A DNA stretch of 64,000 bases from Calcarisporiella thermophila CBS 279.70 (lineage: Eukaryota > Fungi > Calcarisporiellomycota): contig NW_027192192.1 in assembly GCF_041956535.1 (NCBI RefSeq), positions 1,277,111-1,341,110 on the forward strand, read 5' to 3'. The notes beneath the pieces were generated by a model. It did no database searches and was not told where the DNA came from. It saw only the letters and a list, made by a program, of their open reading frames with translations. The translations under genes and the position numbers were made by a program. Below are positions 48,700-62,838 of the stretch, in pieces. How positions within the stretch are numbered: the first letter of the stretch is position 1; each line of letters begins with the position of its first letter.

Positions 48700-50256
48700 T
48701 TACAGATGGAGCTTGATTAATTCGTCACTGACTCCGGATGGGGTCACGATGCCAAGGTCGGTGAAGAGCAAGGTGATGTAGGAGGGGGGAGTATAGTCTA
48801 CAGACGGGTTGATGGACTAAAGGGGATGGGAAAGAGCTCGTTAGAAACAATCAACAAGAGTAAGAGGATGGTTCTTATACCTCAAAGCCTTCAATATCCT
48901 TCTCGGAGTTGTCGCTCCCCATGCCTTCTAGATTCGGGAACGCCAGGACGTCCGGTGTGCTAGTGGGTAAATCGTACTGATTCAAAGGGAAGAGGCGGAC
49001 AAACTTGTAACTATGTGAAGTAAAATCAGGTTTGGAGGTTAAATAAAAAAGAACTCGACGGTAGGAAAGACTGCGAGCCTCACCTCTCTGCAACGGCATA
49101 GAAAGGCTTGTTGGCCTCCTTTGCCACGACTGCAATCTGATAGGTGCCAATCTGGTTGATCAAGCCGCCATTTTCCACGACTCCTTCTGCCCCCACTAAT
49201 ACCATATCCACCTTATGAATGATATACCCCACCGCAGAGTCCAAGACAACCGTGGAGGGGATTCCGTGTTTTCGCAAGACTTTCGCCGCCTTCAGCCTGA
49301 TACAAGTTGGAGAGTGTAAGTGGAACTCCAGTATATTGAAACGAATAGATATCCATCACATGGGCGGAAACGGAGAGGACCAAGGGCACTTACCCTGCAG
49401 AAGACGGCCGTGATTCCGTCACATACACCTTGAATCGTTTGTTGGATTGTGCGGCTCTGAGCAGCAAGCCCATAACTACCCTTGAGTACGAATGGATAAG
49501 GATAACCTAAGGGGAAAAGATAGAGGGAAGTTCGAGGGGAAAATGCAATTAGGATCAACCTCTGATAGAGCATCTATTATTTTTATATAAATACAGCATC
49601 ATCCTTGATGAATTGTTCGCCGAATTCTGCGACTTTATCACGACAAGCAGCCGCACGAGCAACAATGAATTCTCCTCGTGAGATGAGATGCTTCTTAAGC
49701 GCATCAAAATCCTACAGAGAACAACACCGTTGTAAGCCTCGGGAAGCAATAAAAAATAAATTACTCAAACAGCGGATGCGAAATGTTATACCATAAGGTC
49801 ATGAAACACACGCGTGACAAATTGCATGAACACATCACATCCTGCCGAGAGGGATATTGAGTTTCGTGTAGAGGATTTGAGTGTTTGAATGGCGTTTTTT
49901 AGTGTGTCCATGAGCTCTGCGGATGTGGTAGCTGTGTTATGGAAAAGTGGTAAATAAGCACAAGGGATTGGGAAATATTAAAGAGGAAGAGACGGGAAAT
50001 ACCTTCACTCTGTTTGACAAACTCAACAAGAGACTCAATGGCGGCTACAGGCATCGGAACATCCTAGACGAGGCAACCAAAATAAAACAATAAAATCTCG
50101 CACATACGAGGTCACGATCTCGAGGGAACCTACCGGATCCTCGCTAAGGAAGCGCCTATAACACTGTACGATATCGAATTTGTCTGCCAATCAAGAGCCA
50201 GTTAGCATATTTGACATCAGCATTGCGGGTTATATAAGCTCCATTTTACCTGCCAT
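48700..50256 (-). CDS. GCN3: translation initiation factor eIF2B alpha subunit
   Basis: Spliced protein has [59 protein letters not shown] and [10 protein letters not shown]. Confidence 0.95.
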
Positions 50257-50541
50257 GATGCCTCGGTTTTTACAAATAGGTCGAGTTTTCTAATTCATGA
50301 TGACTGCTTTCAGTTAATTGAGGAATGTGCTGCGACACAACTCCTGGCTATCATTCGACGCGACTTATTTTTATATTTTTTTTTGGGTTTAAGAAATCTT
50401 CTGCATTCCACACACACTCTAACTTCCATTCCTAATCTAATTTCCCCATACTCCTTATACAGTTGTCCTTTTAACTAATCCTAATCCAGTTTTGTCTCTA
50501 TTTTCTCGTGCTATTCTATCATCAATCGGAAATTGGCCGGG

Positions 50542-53500
50542 ATGAGCGACATATCAGACGATGATGCATATAAAATAGTGTCTGATGAAGATGACGACGT
50601 CTATCAGGACGATGAACCTGCAACGAAAAAGGTAAATGGAGGGAAATCTAGATACTCATGTCTAGATCAGATTAGTTCCTTAGTTCATTCTGCTTGAATA
50701 TTCTCACTTATCCTGTCCATGTTCTTTGCGGACGACAGAGGGCCACGGGGAAGAATAAGGTCACCAAAGCCAAAGCCAATGGCGATTCGGAAAACGTAAA
50801 GCCGCGGGTCATCAAGCGCAAACAAGCCAAAAAATCGGAAGATCCCGAACTAAATGCTAATGCAGGCGTTGGCGAGGACGGGAATGCCGAGAGCCCACCG
50901 AAGCCCAAGGCCAAAGCCGCCGCAAAACCCCGCGCAAAGAAAGCCACCGGGCCAAAGGCTGCCGCTGGTAAGAAGAAAACCTCTGCGCTAGAGGATGGGA
51001 ATGCTGGTGCAGAAAGTGAAGAGTCAGATGATTCCGATTTCAAATTTGCGGAAAAGGAAACCGTTCTGGAAAGAAATATTGGTTCTGCAGCCGATGATAA
51101 ACGCACCGTTGAGGAAATCTACCAAAAGAAGACGCCGCTGGAACACATTTTGCTTCGCCCGGACACCTACATTGGATCGGTGGAGCACATTAAGCAAGAA
51201 ATGTGGGTCCTAGATTCGGAAGAGAAACATATGAAAAAACGAGAAATAGAATATGTTCCTGGCTTGTACAAAATCGTAGACGAAATCATTGTTAATGCTG
51301 CTGACAATAAGGTATTAGCTAGACCGCTTGGCCATTTTTCTGACTGCATGTTCTAGTTTAACACACTCCATCGCCTACGCTATCTTTTATAGATTCGTGA
51401 TCCTGGAATGAACAAGATTAAGGTCGATATTGATCGAGAAAAGAACGTAATTAGCGTCTACAATAATGGCAAAGGGATTCCTGTCCAGATCCACAAGGAA
51501 GCGGGGGTCTATGTCCCTGAGTTTATTTTTGGGCACTTGCTCACCTCCTCCAACTATAACGATTCAGAAAAGAAATTAACCGGTGGTCGTAATGGATATG
51601 GTGCCAAACTCGCCAATATTTTCAGTACTGAATTTATCGTTGAAACTGCCGATCTCACGAATGGCAAATCTTTCAAGCAAATCTTCTCCGATAACATGTC
51701 CAAAAAGACAAAACCAGTCGTCAAGGACTACAAGGGAAAGGAGGAGTTTACCAAGATCACTTTTAAGCCAGACCTTGCAAAGTTCGGAATGACTGAGCTG
51801 GACTCGGACTTTGAGTCTCTCATCAAAAAGCGTGTCTATGACCTTGCTGGCACGGTACGTGATGTCAAAGTATTCCTTAATAACGAGCAGATCAAGATCA
51901 AGAACTTCCAAAAATACGTGGAATTCTATCTCCAATCTACCAAGAATGGGTCCGCAGGGGAAGAGAGTACCCAAAGAAAACCAATCCTTTTATACGAGTG
52001 TGACCGCTGGGAAATTGCCCTGTCCGTTTCTGAAGGCCAATTTGAACAGGTAGGCTGGGATCAGTGTGATTTTATCTCCTCTCCGTTCGGCTTATAGAAT
52101 GGGTCAACTGTTTTAATAGGTCAGTTTTGTGAACAGCATATGCACAACCAAAGGGGGCACGCACGTCAATCATATCGCGGACCAGATAGTGGACTATATA
52201 AAGAACAGTGCGAAAATGAAACTTAAGCCATTTCAGATTAAAAGCCAAATGTGGGTTTTCGTCAATTGTCTTATCGAGAATCCATCATTCGATTCACAGA
52301 CCAAAGACACTCTGACCTTGGTTCATCGCAAGTTCGGTTCGACCTGTGTGATCCCGCCTGAAAAACTGAAAAAAGGTAATTGTTCATCAGCTTAATTTTG
52401 TCTTTCCCTTTCCTTTCTTTTAATACTTTATCTTCCATTGACCTTCCTCCAAAAAATTCCTGGACAGTACTAAAATCGGAGCTACTCGAAAATATTGACT
52501 CTATGGCAAAGTTTAAACAAGAACAAGAAAAGAAGAAAACAGACGGTGCCAAGAGATCCAGGTATTCCTCTTAGTTTAGTGCATTTAAAATATATAGAGT
52601 CGCTATAATCGATGATATTATTATTCCCTAAGGATCACGGGTATCCCGAAGCTTGACGACGCCAACAATGCCGGCACTAGGAGGGCCAAAGATTGCACCC
52701 TCATTCTCACTGAAGGAGACTCCGCCAAGGCACTCGCCGTTGCTGGCCTCAGTGAGGTGGGACGAGACGATTTTGGAGTGTTTCCACTTCGTGGAAAGTT
52801 GTTAAACGTGCGCGAAGCTTCCCACACACAAGTCATTAATAATCAAGAGATCAACCATATCAAGAGAATTCTTGGTTTGAAGCATGGGATAAAATACACT
52901 TCAACCGACGAACTCCGCTATGGAAAGTTGATGATCATGACCGATCAGGTCAGCACGAAGTTTCATTCAAACGCTGATGTTTCCATGCGCTAATGGCTTT
53001 TGTATGGTTATTATTTTTGCGCACAGGATCATGATGGTTCTCACATCAAGGGTTTGATCATCAACTTTTTGGACCACTTCTATCCCTCACTTTTGGAGCT
53101 GGACTTCTTGGACGAATTTATCACCCCTATCGTCAGGGTAACAAATTGAGTCGTCTCACTCCCCATCTTTAAATATTTTAGTTAATGCAACGTTTTTATA
53201 AATAGGTTACAAAGGGGAATCAGGATCAAGCATTTTTCACAATGGTTGAATTCGAACAATGGAAAGAGAGTCAACCTGATGGGGGAAAGAGTTGGAAAAT
53301 CAAATACTATAAGGCAATCTTTGATCTATAAATAGAGTGCTCCTTAGGATTTCTTACCTCTTCCATTTCAATTCCCATAGGGTCTCGGAACTAGCACCAA
53401 CAAAGATGCAAAGAATTATTTTTCAAATCTAAATATACATCGAAAAAGGTTTGAGCCGGTCACTCCGACGGATCGCCAAATGATCGATCTTGCCTTCAAC

Positions 53501-56215
53501 AAAAAGAAAGCAGACGAGCGTAAAGAATGGTTGCGCCAATACCAAGTAAATATAGTACTGTGCTCTTTGCTTGCGCCGCCTTGACATTCATTTTTTATCT
53601 TATCAGGCTTTCTCGTACATGGATCACACTGAAAGCTCCATTTCCATCTCCGACTTTGTCAATAAAGAGCTGATTCATTTCAGTATGGCAGACAATGTCC
53701 GCTCTATCCCCTCGATGGTAGATGGTCTCAAACCCGGTCAACGCAAAGTCATGTACGGAGCAATCAAAAAGAAGATCAGGGATGAAATTAAGGTGAAGAT
53801 CCTCTGGCTACGCGAAGTGTTCCTCCAACACCTTTTAATCTGCCCTCAATCTAGGTCCTGCAACTACAAGGTTATATCTCCGAACAGACCGCCTACCACC
53901 ACGGTGACGCAAGTTTGAATGCGACTATTGTTGGCCTTGCCCAAAAGTTTGTTGGGAGCAACAACATCAACTTGCTTGAGCCGATCGGACAATTCGGTAC
54001 CCGGTACAAGGTAATATATCTTCTGCTAACTTGAGGTTTTTTTTTTTACAAAAAAAGTAAAATGATTTCTCCTAAAATTTGAATTTATCAGGGGGGTAAA
54101 AATGCTGCTAGTGCTCGTTACATTAGCACAGCGCTCTCTCCTTTGGCCCGTAAACTCCTTCACCCTTCGGATGATAATCTTCTCGAGTATCTGAACGAAG
54201 ACAATCTCTCCATTGAACCTAAATGGTAGGGCAAGTCATATGGCTTTCTCTGGACGCGGTTTGATAATGACTGTTATACTAGGTATGTACCGGTCATCCC
54301 CCTAGTGCTTATTAACGGCTCCGAGGGCATTGGTACGGGCTGGAGTTCGTTCATCCCCAACTACAACCCTGAAGATATCATCGACAATATTAAACGGCTG
54401 TTAAGAGGCGAAGAGATGGTCCCCATGCATCCATGGTACCGCGGCTACAAGGTAGACTCTGAGCGTAATGTTCTTGGTTGATTGAGTGCCTCATCCCGTT
54501 GTTCACCCAACTCAAATAGGGCAAAATCGAGCGGTTTGACAATAAATCCTACAAAGTCACCGGAATCATAGAGAAAAGGGAGGAGAATATCCTGGAAATC
54601 ACGGAGTTGCCTATTCGCGTATGGACCGAAAATTATAAAGAACAGCTGGAGCTGTGGATTGCAGGCACCGACAAGCAGGGTGCCATTATCAAGGTTTTCT
54701 ATGACAGAATAGGTGAATTGGCGAATGGGTATTAACGCGAATTTCCACCATTGCTAGGATTACAAGGAGATAGGTGTGGACGACAAGATTCATTTCGAAC
54801 TCAAACTGACCGATGAACAGATGCGGAAAGCGGAAGAGGATGGGCTCGAGAAAACCTTTAAATTGTCCACGACCTTGTCCATGAATAACATGGTTTGCTT
54901 TGACAAGGAGGGCCGAATAAAGAAGTATCAATCGGTCGAGGAGATCCTACAAGAGTTCTACGATATTCGATTCGAATATTACCAGAGGCGAAAGGCAAGT
55001 GAAAAAGCAGGAAACAAAGTTACAAGTGGACCATATCCACTCATCGCTCATTTACTATATAGCAAAAATTGTTGGATAAGTTCCGTGAGGATTACAAGAT
55101 CCTTGACAACCGTGCTCGCTTTATTCTTATGGTGATCCAAGGGAAACTCATCATCGCGAACCGCAAGGAGGCAGACGTTGTTGCCGATCTACGCGCCCAT
55201 AAGTTTGACCCAGTCCATGCTTCCAATGAGCAAGGGGAGGAGGAGGAGGGCGAGGACGAGGGAGAGCAGAAAAAATCGCGCGACCACGGTTATAATTACC
55301 TGCTATCTATGCAGATGAGGAGTATGACCATCGAAAGGGTTAGTAATTTATTGGGCTCGGTAAGCCTCGTTAGAAAGCCTGAGAGAAGACTAAAACTCTC
55401 CCCTGTTCTCGCCACAGGTTGAGAAACTGATGAAAGAGAAAGAAGCCAAGCAGCGGGAGTTGGACGCACTGATTCCCCTGACGGTGGCCGATTTATGGAC
55501 CCGTGATTTGGACGATTTCTTGGAGGAGTGGAAGGTGAGTGAAGATCAAGCCCATCTCTTGTAACCTCTTAGACGCTTACATCGTGAAACCACACAGGCC
55601 GAGCTAGAGCGTGACAGACTGGCCGAGCTCAGTGCAACTTCGAATAAAAAGGGCAAGCGTGCCCGGAAATCGTACACAAAGTCTACGGCAAAAAAGGCGG
55701 CTAAGCCAAGTGTAAGCGCAGCGAGCAAACTTCAAGCCACTCTGGACTCCCTGTTCTTTTCCTCCGCCGCCTCGGGAGCTGCTGCAAGCCCGTCCCTATC
55801 AGCGGAAAATGCCGACAGCAGTGCTATATCTCTGCCTGATTCACCGGTGGTCAAACAAGAGCCTGTTGACCAGAAACCTTCGGAGGCGAAACTGGTAAAA
55901 GCGACCAAGCGAGCACCCAAGCAGCCGAGGCAACCCAAAGCTACCGCACCCAAGGCCCAAGCCCTCAAGGAGTCTGACGATGAGACCGAGAAGAGCTCAG
56001 AGCCACCGGCCCCTCGCCCTCAGAGAGCTCGCAAGAAGATGGTAAGTGAACCAATTTACATTTATGTTCACCCTGCCGCTAAGTGAAGTTGGTTGTAGAC
56101 GTACATGGAAATCTCCGAGTTGGACGATGATGCAAACCTTCCTATCAATAAGGATGACGAGGACGACGACTTTGTCGATAACGGCGACGACAACGATTTT
56201 GACTATGACTTTTAG
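50542..56215 (+). CDS. TOP2: DNA topoisomerase II
   Basis: [49 protein letters not shown]|[18 protein letters not shown] and active-site ASARYI. Many introns, two of them GC-AG. Confidence 0.98.
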
Positions 56216-56960
56216 AGGCGCTGCAAATGCATAGCATCTGCTCTTTCCTCTCCTATGCTCTCCACATCCCATGTATTTCCCCCTCTCTTAGATGCTGAGT
56301 ACAATTTAGTGTGTTTGTTTATATTTGCATATTTTCCCCCCACCATCTTTTTCGTATATGCTGATGAACTAGTTTTGAGAATAATAAATGATTTGTGCAT
56401 ATGTCTCGGCTCGTCCCCAAAGAACCCGCCCTTGCCCCTTGGTCTCGAGGGAACAGAGGCGCGGGATTAAGGTTAGGCGTGATAGCTGGGCGTGCCCGTG
56501 GAGAGCGGCCACGTCCATTGGTCTGCCTGTCGAATATACAGAGCATTACGCAATCGATATCAAGAATATAAGAATCTCCTCATGGTCGCTTCCGCTCCTC
56601 CACCTGATCTATACATCGACCCCAAGCTCGCCTCAGGCCGCCATAGGCTGGCGATGGCTCAGTCATATGGGAAATTTTTATGGCTGACTGGGCTCGAAAC
56701 TCCGCGCTTGGCCGCCGGCTAGGGCGCGAGAGAACGAAGGGCTGAGCTTCCGCGACTTCCTAACTGGGCTGACCCTTGGGGTACAGCGGCCGAATTCAAG
56801 GTTTGTCATATTTCATTTTGGGTCGCATTTGGGACCACTCAGCTCAGATTCGTCAGTGTGGGGAGGGCCTTTGCCCGTAAAATCGGCCAAGTCCTATATA
56901 GCAGCCTCTCCACCCAACTTTTTTTAGGGTTCTCCGTCTCATTAGCTTACCATTTTTTTA

Positions 56961-58498
56961 ATGTCATTTCGGAAAATTGGAACTAACATAACCGTTGTGG
57001 GCGCAGGCGTCATTGGCCTCACCACTGCAGTACTGTTGCAGCGCCACGGCCACAATGTGACGATTGTTGCCGCGCATTTCCCAGGCGATTACTCCATCGA
57101 GTACACCTCTCCTTGGGCGGGTAATGCCATGTCAATGTTGTGAGGCTGCAGCCAAGAATATTAACCGGGGCCTAATAAAATAGGTGGTAACTGGATGTCC
57201 ATCGCCGGCATCTCCAACAAAAAGTACCAGAGTGAGTATCCCCCTTGCATGCCGGCGCAAATTTATGGAATGAGGCTGACTCGACTGCTTGTTCCGAAAT
57301 ATGCATGTAGAATTTGATGCTGTCACATTCCATAAATTCTTGGAGCTCGCAGAGAAAAATGAGACCGGCATTATGCGAGTTAAGGGAACTTTGTACTTAG
57401 ACGTTGCGGCAAGGGACAGAGAGTGGTATCGTGAGCTTGTTCCCGATGTAATTAGCGCGAATTGAAGCATCAAAACTTCGAGACATTTGACCTACTGCTT
57501 GCCCTTTTTTCTTATCGTGACTAGTTTAGAGAGATTCCTTCGAATGAGTTACCCGAGGGGGCTGCGTATGGCATATCTTACACCACAGGTGGGGGCTATA
57601 TCTTTCCTTCTTTTAGTTAGGGCTGTACTCTTGCTAACCCCTCTTCCTCTAGTTACAATAAATACAAGAACTTATCTCAAATATCTTCTGAATCAATTCC
57701 TTGCCAATGGCGGACAGACTCGCAAGGTTAAACTCGATCATCTGCTTGAAGCGGCTGAAGCCTCAACCGATGTAGTGGTGAATTGTACGGGCATTGGCGC
57801 GAGGACACTGGGCGGAGTCAATGATTATCTTGTATACCCGACAAGTGGACAAGTAGTGCTTGTGCACGCTCCGCATGTGAAGGAGACGATCATTCGAGAG
57901 GGTAATGCCGCATTGATTAGTGTGATCTGATCCGCCCTTACCTTGGGGGGTTTATATTAGGAGTGGACTATGTCAGCTATATCATCCCCCGAAAGGATGG
58001 CGAGGTTGTCTGCGGAGGAACTCGAGACGCCTATAATAGGTAGACCCAATCCTATTCTTGGCTTCATCTTCTTTTTCTTTTTCCTTACTCTTGTTCGGCC
58101 CTTTCCTCTCTTCTAGTGGCGATGTTCCAAACGAAGACACGACGCGTGCGATTCTCCAACGGTGCTGCAAACTCTACCCTCCGCTTGCTCACGGAAAGGG
58201 CCCAGACTCCTTGGAGATCTTGAAGACATACGTTGGGCATAGACCCACTCGCATTGGGGACATCCGACAGGAGATTGTTCATCAAAGTATATACTGAAAA
58301 GACTTGCTCTGGGCTTTTTAATCGAGTTGTAGCTAACCTTCTTACCCAGCTACTCCTAACGGTAAGCAGATCATTGTTGCTCACCATTATGGCCACGGCG
58401 GTTACGGCTATCAATCAAGTTGGGGCTCCTCGCAGGAGATAGTTGACATGATAGAGGAAGCACTCCGAGAAACTCGGGCAAGCAAACCCAAGCTTTAA
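56961..58498 (+). CDS. DAO: D-amino acid oxidase (FAD-dependent), probably peroxisomal
   Basis: GAGVIG, YTSPWAG, VVVNCTGIGA, YIIPR, GHRP, HHYGHGGYGYQSSWG and C-terminal -PKL (PTS1-like). Eight exons. Confidence 0.93.
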
Positions 58499-58975
58499 GT
58501 TTGCCGACGCATGATTTATATGCTAAAAGCGGCCGGCAGATTTTTTTGTTGTATTGTTATTGTGGTGTGTTTTTATTTTTGTTTTTCTCTCTGGCTAATG
58601 AAGCATCTAATGGGGGGACCGAGGAGCGGACGGCATTAAATTATGTATCTTTCGGCAATTAACAAAGAACACAAAAACTTTCAGCGACATCTTGACGACA
58701 TTCGATGAGCCTAAATGTACGATAAAAAGAGAAATGCTTTTGTAAACCCGTCCAACTCTTTCCCAATATCCTATAGGTATACTCGTGATACTTCGAGTCT
58801 TTGTTCGAAGTAATTTTCTAAATTTCTGAAAGCATTTTCCTTCTAGAATGGTGACACGACTGCGGAAGGCTTGTTTTGTGTAACATGTGGCTCGGCGGCA
58901 ATGGAGTATAAAGTGCCAGCTCTCCATGAGAACGAGGTGTCCAACAACCTTAAGATTAATACATATAATCTTCAA

Positions 58976-60690
58976 ATGAGTCAAGACCCATCTCAAGGAC
59001 ATCACGGCTCTATGCCGCCTCCCTCATCAGGACAGCAATATCCTCCGTCAGGCTACCCTCCCTACCAGGGCTACCCTCCACCCCCACAACAAAATCCGAG
59101 TTCTCATTACCCGGCTCCGGGTCAAGGCCCCTATGCTCCTCCTTCTCACCCTCCCCCTCCTCCTGCTAGCCAGGGCTCGTATTCCGCTTCTCCTTACCCA
59201 CCACCCGGCCAGGCTCCGTATCCACCCCCCTCTAATTCTCCCTCTGGTCCTAGCATCTACCCACCGCCTTCTCATCCCCCTCCTGGCCAAGCTTCATACC
59301 CTCCTCCTCATCCACCGCCCGCACAGGGCGCATACCCCCCTCCCTCGTACCCGCCTCCTAATCAAAGCCCATACCCGCCTCCTAACCAAAGCCCCTATCC
59401 CCCTCCGCAGCACCCACCTTCCGTCCCAGGTAGTGCTACTTTTTCCTATCCTCCTCCGCCAACCCAAGCCCCAGGGAATGCAGCCTATGGTGTGCAGTAT
59501 CCTCCCGCGACACCAATGACGTCAATGCCTACGCCTGTGCCTAGTGCAGGGCCAACGACAATGCCCAGTGGCACCGCACCTGTCGCTGCTCCCGCTGCTC
59601 CGTGTCCTCCCCCAGATCACGACGCGAAAATCATCCGTGATGCTTGCAAGGGCATTGGATGCGACGAGAGAGCTATTATTAATGTCATAGGTAGGGAAGA
59701 AAATTCAAATACTTCTTTTCTTGTTGGTAAAGGCTGGAAAAACTGATTTCTTTTGTTGTTAAAAATAGCCAATAGAACTCCACAACAGAATCAAGCCATT
59801 GCAGAGGCCTACCGGCGGCTGTTCGCCAAGGATTTAATCAAGGTCTTGGAGTCGGAACTGAGGGATCCACTGGAGCGAGCCATCCTCGGACTGTTCCTAG
59901 AGCCAATGGCCTACGATGCCCGCGAAATATTTAATGTAATTTACAATTTTTTTTTTTTCATCCGATTTATTTTTATTTTCGATATTCATCTCGTGATTTT
60001 GTAACTTAGGCATGCAAAGGGTTTGGCACCAACGAGGCTGCTCTCATCGAAATCCTAGCGCTGCGCTCTAACAATGAAATCCGCCATCTCACCGCCCTGC
60101 TCAAAACCTCGCACTCCAAGGATCTCTCGAAGCTAATGAAAAGCGAGCTCTCTGGGAAGCTGGAGGACATGTTCCTTGCACTTGCCAAGGCGGAGCGCGA
60201 CGAGCGTCCCGTGCCTGATCCGCAGCACGTCAACACGGACGTGGAGAATCTCTATCGCGCTGCACAGGGATTCATACTGAACGAGACTCCGTTCATCGTG
60301 GTATTTGCACATCGGAGTGAGGCCCAGCTCCGGGCCATCTTCCAGGAGTACAAGAGGAAATACGGCAAGGACCTATACGAGGTGATCGACAAAAAGTTCA
60401 GCGGCCATCTTCGGAAGACCCTCCTCACCATCCACTCGCTGGTGCAATCACGGCCTGAGGCGGTGGCCACGCAGATTGAAGAGACCATGAAAGGGGTCAG
60501 CTATCGGGAGAGCAACCTGGCGCGAGTATTGACAAGGCACCGGTACTTGCTGGACCCTGCCTTCTTGGCCCAAGTCAAAGTGGCGTACAAGAAATTGTAC
60601 GGAAAGGAGTTGCGGAGACGAATTTGTGAGCAGACTGAGGGCCATATGCGGACCTTATACCTAACCCTTTTGAATGAGCCGATATCTTAA
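58976..60690 (+). CDS. annexin with long Pro/Tyr/Gly-rich N-terminus (A7/A11-like)
   Basis: YPPP-repeat head followed by annexin repeats KGIGCDE, KGFGTNE, LYRA..G.NE and MKGV..RE. Two introns. Confidence 0.92.
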
Positions 60691-61337
60691 CCCCTATGGC
60701 CGCTTATTGTTGCTGGGTGGTTTTATGATATTCCACCACGTATTCTCGGCTGGGTAAAACATTCAGTTTTTTTTTTTTTAGCAAATTATGGATGGCGCTT
60801 GTTCTACTATATATTTAGAAATTTTTTAAAAATACTACTGTGTTCTAATGGCTTATGGTAATTAATTTTTGTGTTCATTTCAATTACGCGTGGTAGTATG
60901 GTTTTTCCTCTAGTTTAATGACAAAAAACAAAGTCACAATAATATATATTCAACAGCTACTTAATCAAAAGAGTAATCAATATAAATACAAAACATCCAA
61001 TTGTGTTAAAAGCTATTTAACTCCACTACCAGAAAAAAAAAGACTTAAATAAAAAAGAAAGAAAGGGAGAGAAAGAGAGGAAAGAGGAGGGGGGATGAAA
61101 TTAGGATAAATTAATTTTAAATGATAAGGAAAGCTCGCTTCCGTGAGTGAACGTAAAATAGAATGTGAGAAGTATCAGCAGCAAGGATGAAAAATGACAA
61201 AAAAAAAAAACAAATAAAAATAAAATAAAAATAGGAATAAAATAAAAGCAAACGTATAAACAGAAACAGATGAAGCGAAGAGATAATTAAGAGAACAGCA
61301 AAGTAAATAAAGAATCGTTTTCAACATCCAGTGGTCC

Positions 61338-62838
61338 TCACTTTTTTATCGGCACCAGCCGGAACAGCGGGACTATATGATGTTGCTGCTTCAGATATGC
61401 GAGAATTTGCACACGCTGCTCGTGACTGAACTTGATGCTGGCCATGCGACGCACCGCGCGTGGGCAGTTTAGGCAGAGGAGGAAAGGATATTTCTCATAA
61501 AAGGCGTCCTTCAATCCCCACGAATAAGGCATCTAAACGAGTGGTGCAAAAAAAAGTTAGGGTTTCACGCACGGAGCAAGAGCAACTTGCACGTGAAAGG
61601 GACTCACCATTGGATCACCTTGACAGGTCGACATTGCTAAGAGATCGTAGCAAACGGCGTCAATGTCGTAGCTGTCCGCAAACATGATCATATTGTCCCT
61701 AGAGAGCATAACAAAATGGGAGGCAATACTCGTGAGTATGAGTGAGGGAGGCCAAAATTCAACAAAACAAGTCTTCCAACCTCAAATGTGGACAGGGTAT
61801 AACGTCGATGCGTTCGTCATGAGGGATCATTTGTTGCAGCACGGTTGGCATGATGGTCTCCGGGATATTTTGTCCTACGCGCAATCTCTGGGCGACCTGT
61901 GCAATCGCATCGACAGGCGGGATAGAAACGTTGGGGTCGAGTTTACGATCACACTGGTATTGCAACCGTTGGGAGGTCTGGACCGTGCTTAAGCGCTGCA
62001 GTTCAGTCGGAGGTTTGCTTGGGGAAAGGGGAGGATAGACAGGGGGAGATTGCGCTGAAGTAATGTAGGAGAGATTAAAGGCATCTCCAGAGTTTGCTGG
62101 AGGCGGGTTTGTGCAGTAGCGAGTCGTTGTAAGCGCCACAGACGTAGAATTTTGCGTCGGCTGAATGGAGGGTAGACACTTGAATGAGGGAGGCGAGCCG
62201 GCAGAAGTGGTAGTAGGATCGGGAGGGATGGCGTGTTCGGGATCGAATTCTAGAGGGGATATGGATCCATCGATATCGGTTGAGGTAGGGGATGATGTCA
62301 ATGGGGCCAGAGAAGAGGGCATAAGATTTGAATTCGCTGATGAACTGGGGGATGACGAGAGGGATGGTGGTGAGAGGGGTCCGGTAGTGATTCGCTGGCC
62401 TTTGACATTGGCTGCAGTCAGCCCTCTTAGAAATTCAACCATGCGAACTGTTTCTTCTCCTGATCCCCACAGATATTTCCATCCCTTTTCTATGCGCTCC
62501 ACTTCCACTCCCAGCTCCTTCACCACGACTGCCAATTTCCGCAGCATCGTGTTTTCCGCATCTATTTGGGCGGTGGACTGTTGCAGTGTCCTAAATTCCA
62601 GGGCACGCTGCTCTTCTGTTTCCCTGAGCTTCTGTAGTTGATCCTCGAGTTCCCGCATATGCTTTTCACGGCGTTCCCGGAACGCCCGCTGGGCAGCTCG
62701 ATTTTGAACTTTGCGCAGTTCAGCGGCATTGGGATTGGGTTTACGACCAGGCTTTTTGCGCTGCGGTAGATCGGGATGCGGGGTATAGCTGGAGTTTGTT
62801 GTCACCGGTAATTTAGTAATGGTGGGTGCGGTCGACAT
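61338..62838 (-). CDS. bZIP transcription factor (Yap-like basic region) with a DUF3425-like C-terminal domain
   Basis: RKVQNRAAQRAFRERREK plus leucine zipper. C-terminal PTVLQQMIPHDERIDVIPCPHLR...GDPMVPYSW...FYEKYPFL. Two introns. Confidence 0.88.

Noticed and set aside
56488-56516. GC-rich hairpin between TOP2 and DAO
   Set aside because: Short, with G-U pairs and no tRNA, snRNA or snoRNA hallmarks.
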